Assembly: GCF_004010195.1 (NCBI RefSeq) | Contig: NC_057718.1 | Span: 62,604,311-62,668,310 of the forward strand | DNA length: 64,000 nucleotides | DNA from: Chiloscyllium plagiosum | Lineage: Eukaryota | Direction: 5' to 3' | Part shown: positions 63,019 through 64,000 of the stretch, piece by piece | Position numbering within the stretch: the stretch's first letter is position 1 | Layout of the letters: each line of letters opens with the position of its first letter | The notes under the pieces: generated by a model | Database searches by the model: none | What the model was told of the DNA's origin: nothing | The model's input: only the letters and a program-made list of their open reading frames with translations | Program-made: the position numbers and the translations under genes

Positions 63019-64000
63019 TGTGACGATACTATGGCTTTAAGAGGTATATTTTGTCCTTTACTTTATGAAGTGAAATTGAAACAGAGGTAATGACCAGTCT
63101 GCTCAGGCTAATAAAGTAAACAGTTTGGGAGGCCTTGAGTTTTGTTTTAAAAAAAAATGTTGAAACAATAAAAGCAGCATGAATGGGTGGAGTCAGGCTC
63201 CCACAAAACCAGGGTTTCAGTTTAGTTTCAATAGTTGGGGTTTTGAAGTGCCTTAGATGGGGTTACAGCTTAAAGCTGGGGTTCTCTCTGCCACCAGAAT
63301 TGTACGTGAGAAAATTATTTTATTGAATTTGCCTTTGCCAAGGGTGTGTTTGTGGGATATTACTATATTAGAACAATTGCTGTTTAGTTAAGTAATCTGT
63401 CTTCCTGTTAAATTTTCTAATACAGTTAAAGTTAGACCAATCTTCTTTCGTTTGTTTCTATTTTAACTGTAGAGTAAGAATAAAACATGTTTTGCTTAAA
63501 GCTGAGTAGTATAACCAATCAAATTACATCTGGAACATTGCAGCACCTTGTCCTTAAATAAGGGTCTCGGCTATCTCCTTGATATATTTTAAAGGGGGAT
63601 TTGTTCTGATCCATAGCAAACTGTGGGCTTTTGTCACGATCAAAATCTCTAATTCCAGGTTGGGTTTGGGATTATTGGCCTCAAAGACAGTGAGTGGTGA
63701 GTGTTGGTATTTTTTCCACATATAGTATTTGGTTGGTTTAAATAAGGTGTGCTTTGTGTAATAGAGCACAGTCGCTAAGAATTTCCTGGGAGTGGAAGAA
63801 GTCACTTTGGGTTTTTTACAGAAAATGAGCAAGGCAAAGCTTTTGAAGTTGGCAAACAAATTGAAGTTGGAATTAGCTGTGTCTGTGAGGAAAGGGGAAA
63901 CAATTGCGGCAATAATTCTGTAATTACAATTGCCAGGAATGCAAACTGAATCATGGTAAATGGTTAAAATTGGTGAAGCAAGTTGAATATGAAAAGGAAA
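63019..64000 (+). mobile_element. Gypsy element 5' end: LTR 63019-63618, degenerate PBS, gag start; runs off the window
   Basis: tgtgacg...ccatagca, then aactgtgggctttt (decayed tRNA-Pro-like PBS) and gag-like FLGVEEVTLGFLQKMSKAKLLKLANKL. Confidence 0.7.

Noticed and set aside
1..64000. CRISPR array, operon or other prokaryotic system
   Set aside because: No repeat-spacer periodicity and no dense long ORFs; the content is vertebrate retroelements and spliced exons.

Overview
Repeat-dense eukaryotic (vertebrate) DNA, not prokaryotic. It is most likely a cartilaginous fish, inferred from HE1-type SINEs and abundant CR1/HER1-type LINEs. Most ORF-track entries are decayed transposon pieces or their antisense shadows. 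Host content is sparse: three phase-compatible exons ending an unidentified + strand gene (3197-3288, 16620-16711, 28332 onward with an AT-rich 3' UTR), and a probable convergent - strand gene ending at 34126. Mobile content includes many CR1 fragments, seven HE1 SINEs, a near full-length RTE, a Rex1/Babar LINE, Gypsy elements and solo LTRs, a Harbinger Myb/SANT relic, nested Tigger-like MITEs, and a decayed endogenous retrovirus (pol, env TM with ISD and CX6CC, PPT, 3' LTR). A divergent tRNA-Ser(GCU) is also present. The most striking signal is about ten Penelope-like element termini carrying minimal hammerhead ribozyme cores (CUGANGA-A-stem II-GAAA-palindromic stem III). Several form short TSD-flanked palindromic mini-elements with the ribozyme at the hairpin centre. 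All calls were made by eye without searches. Repeat boundaries are approximate unless a TSD is quoted.
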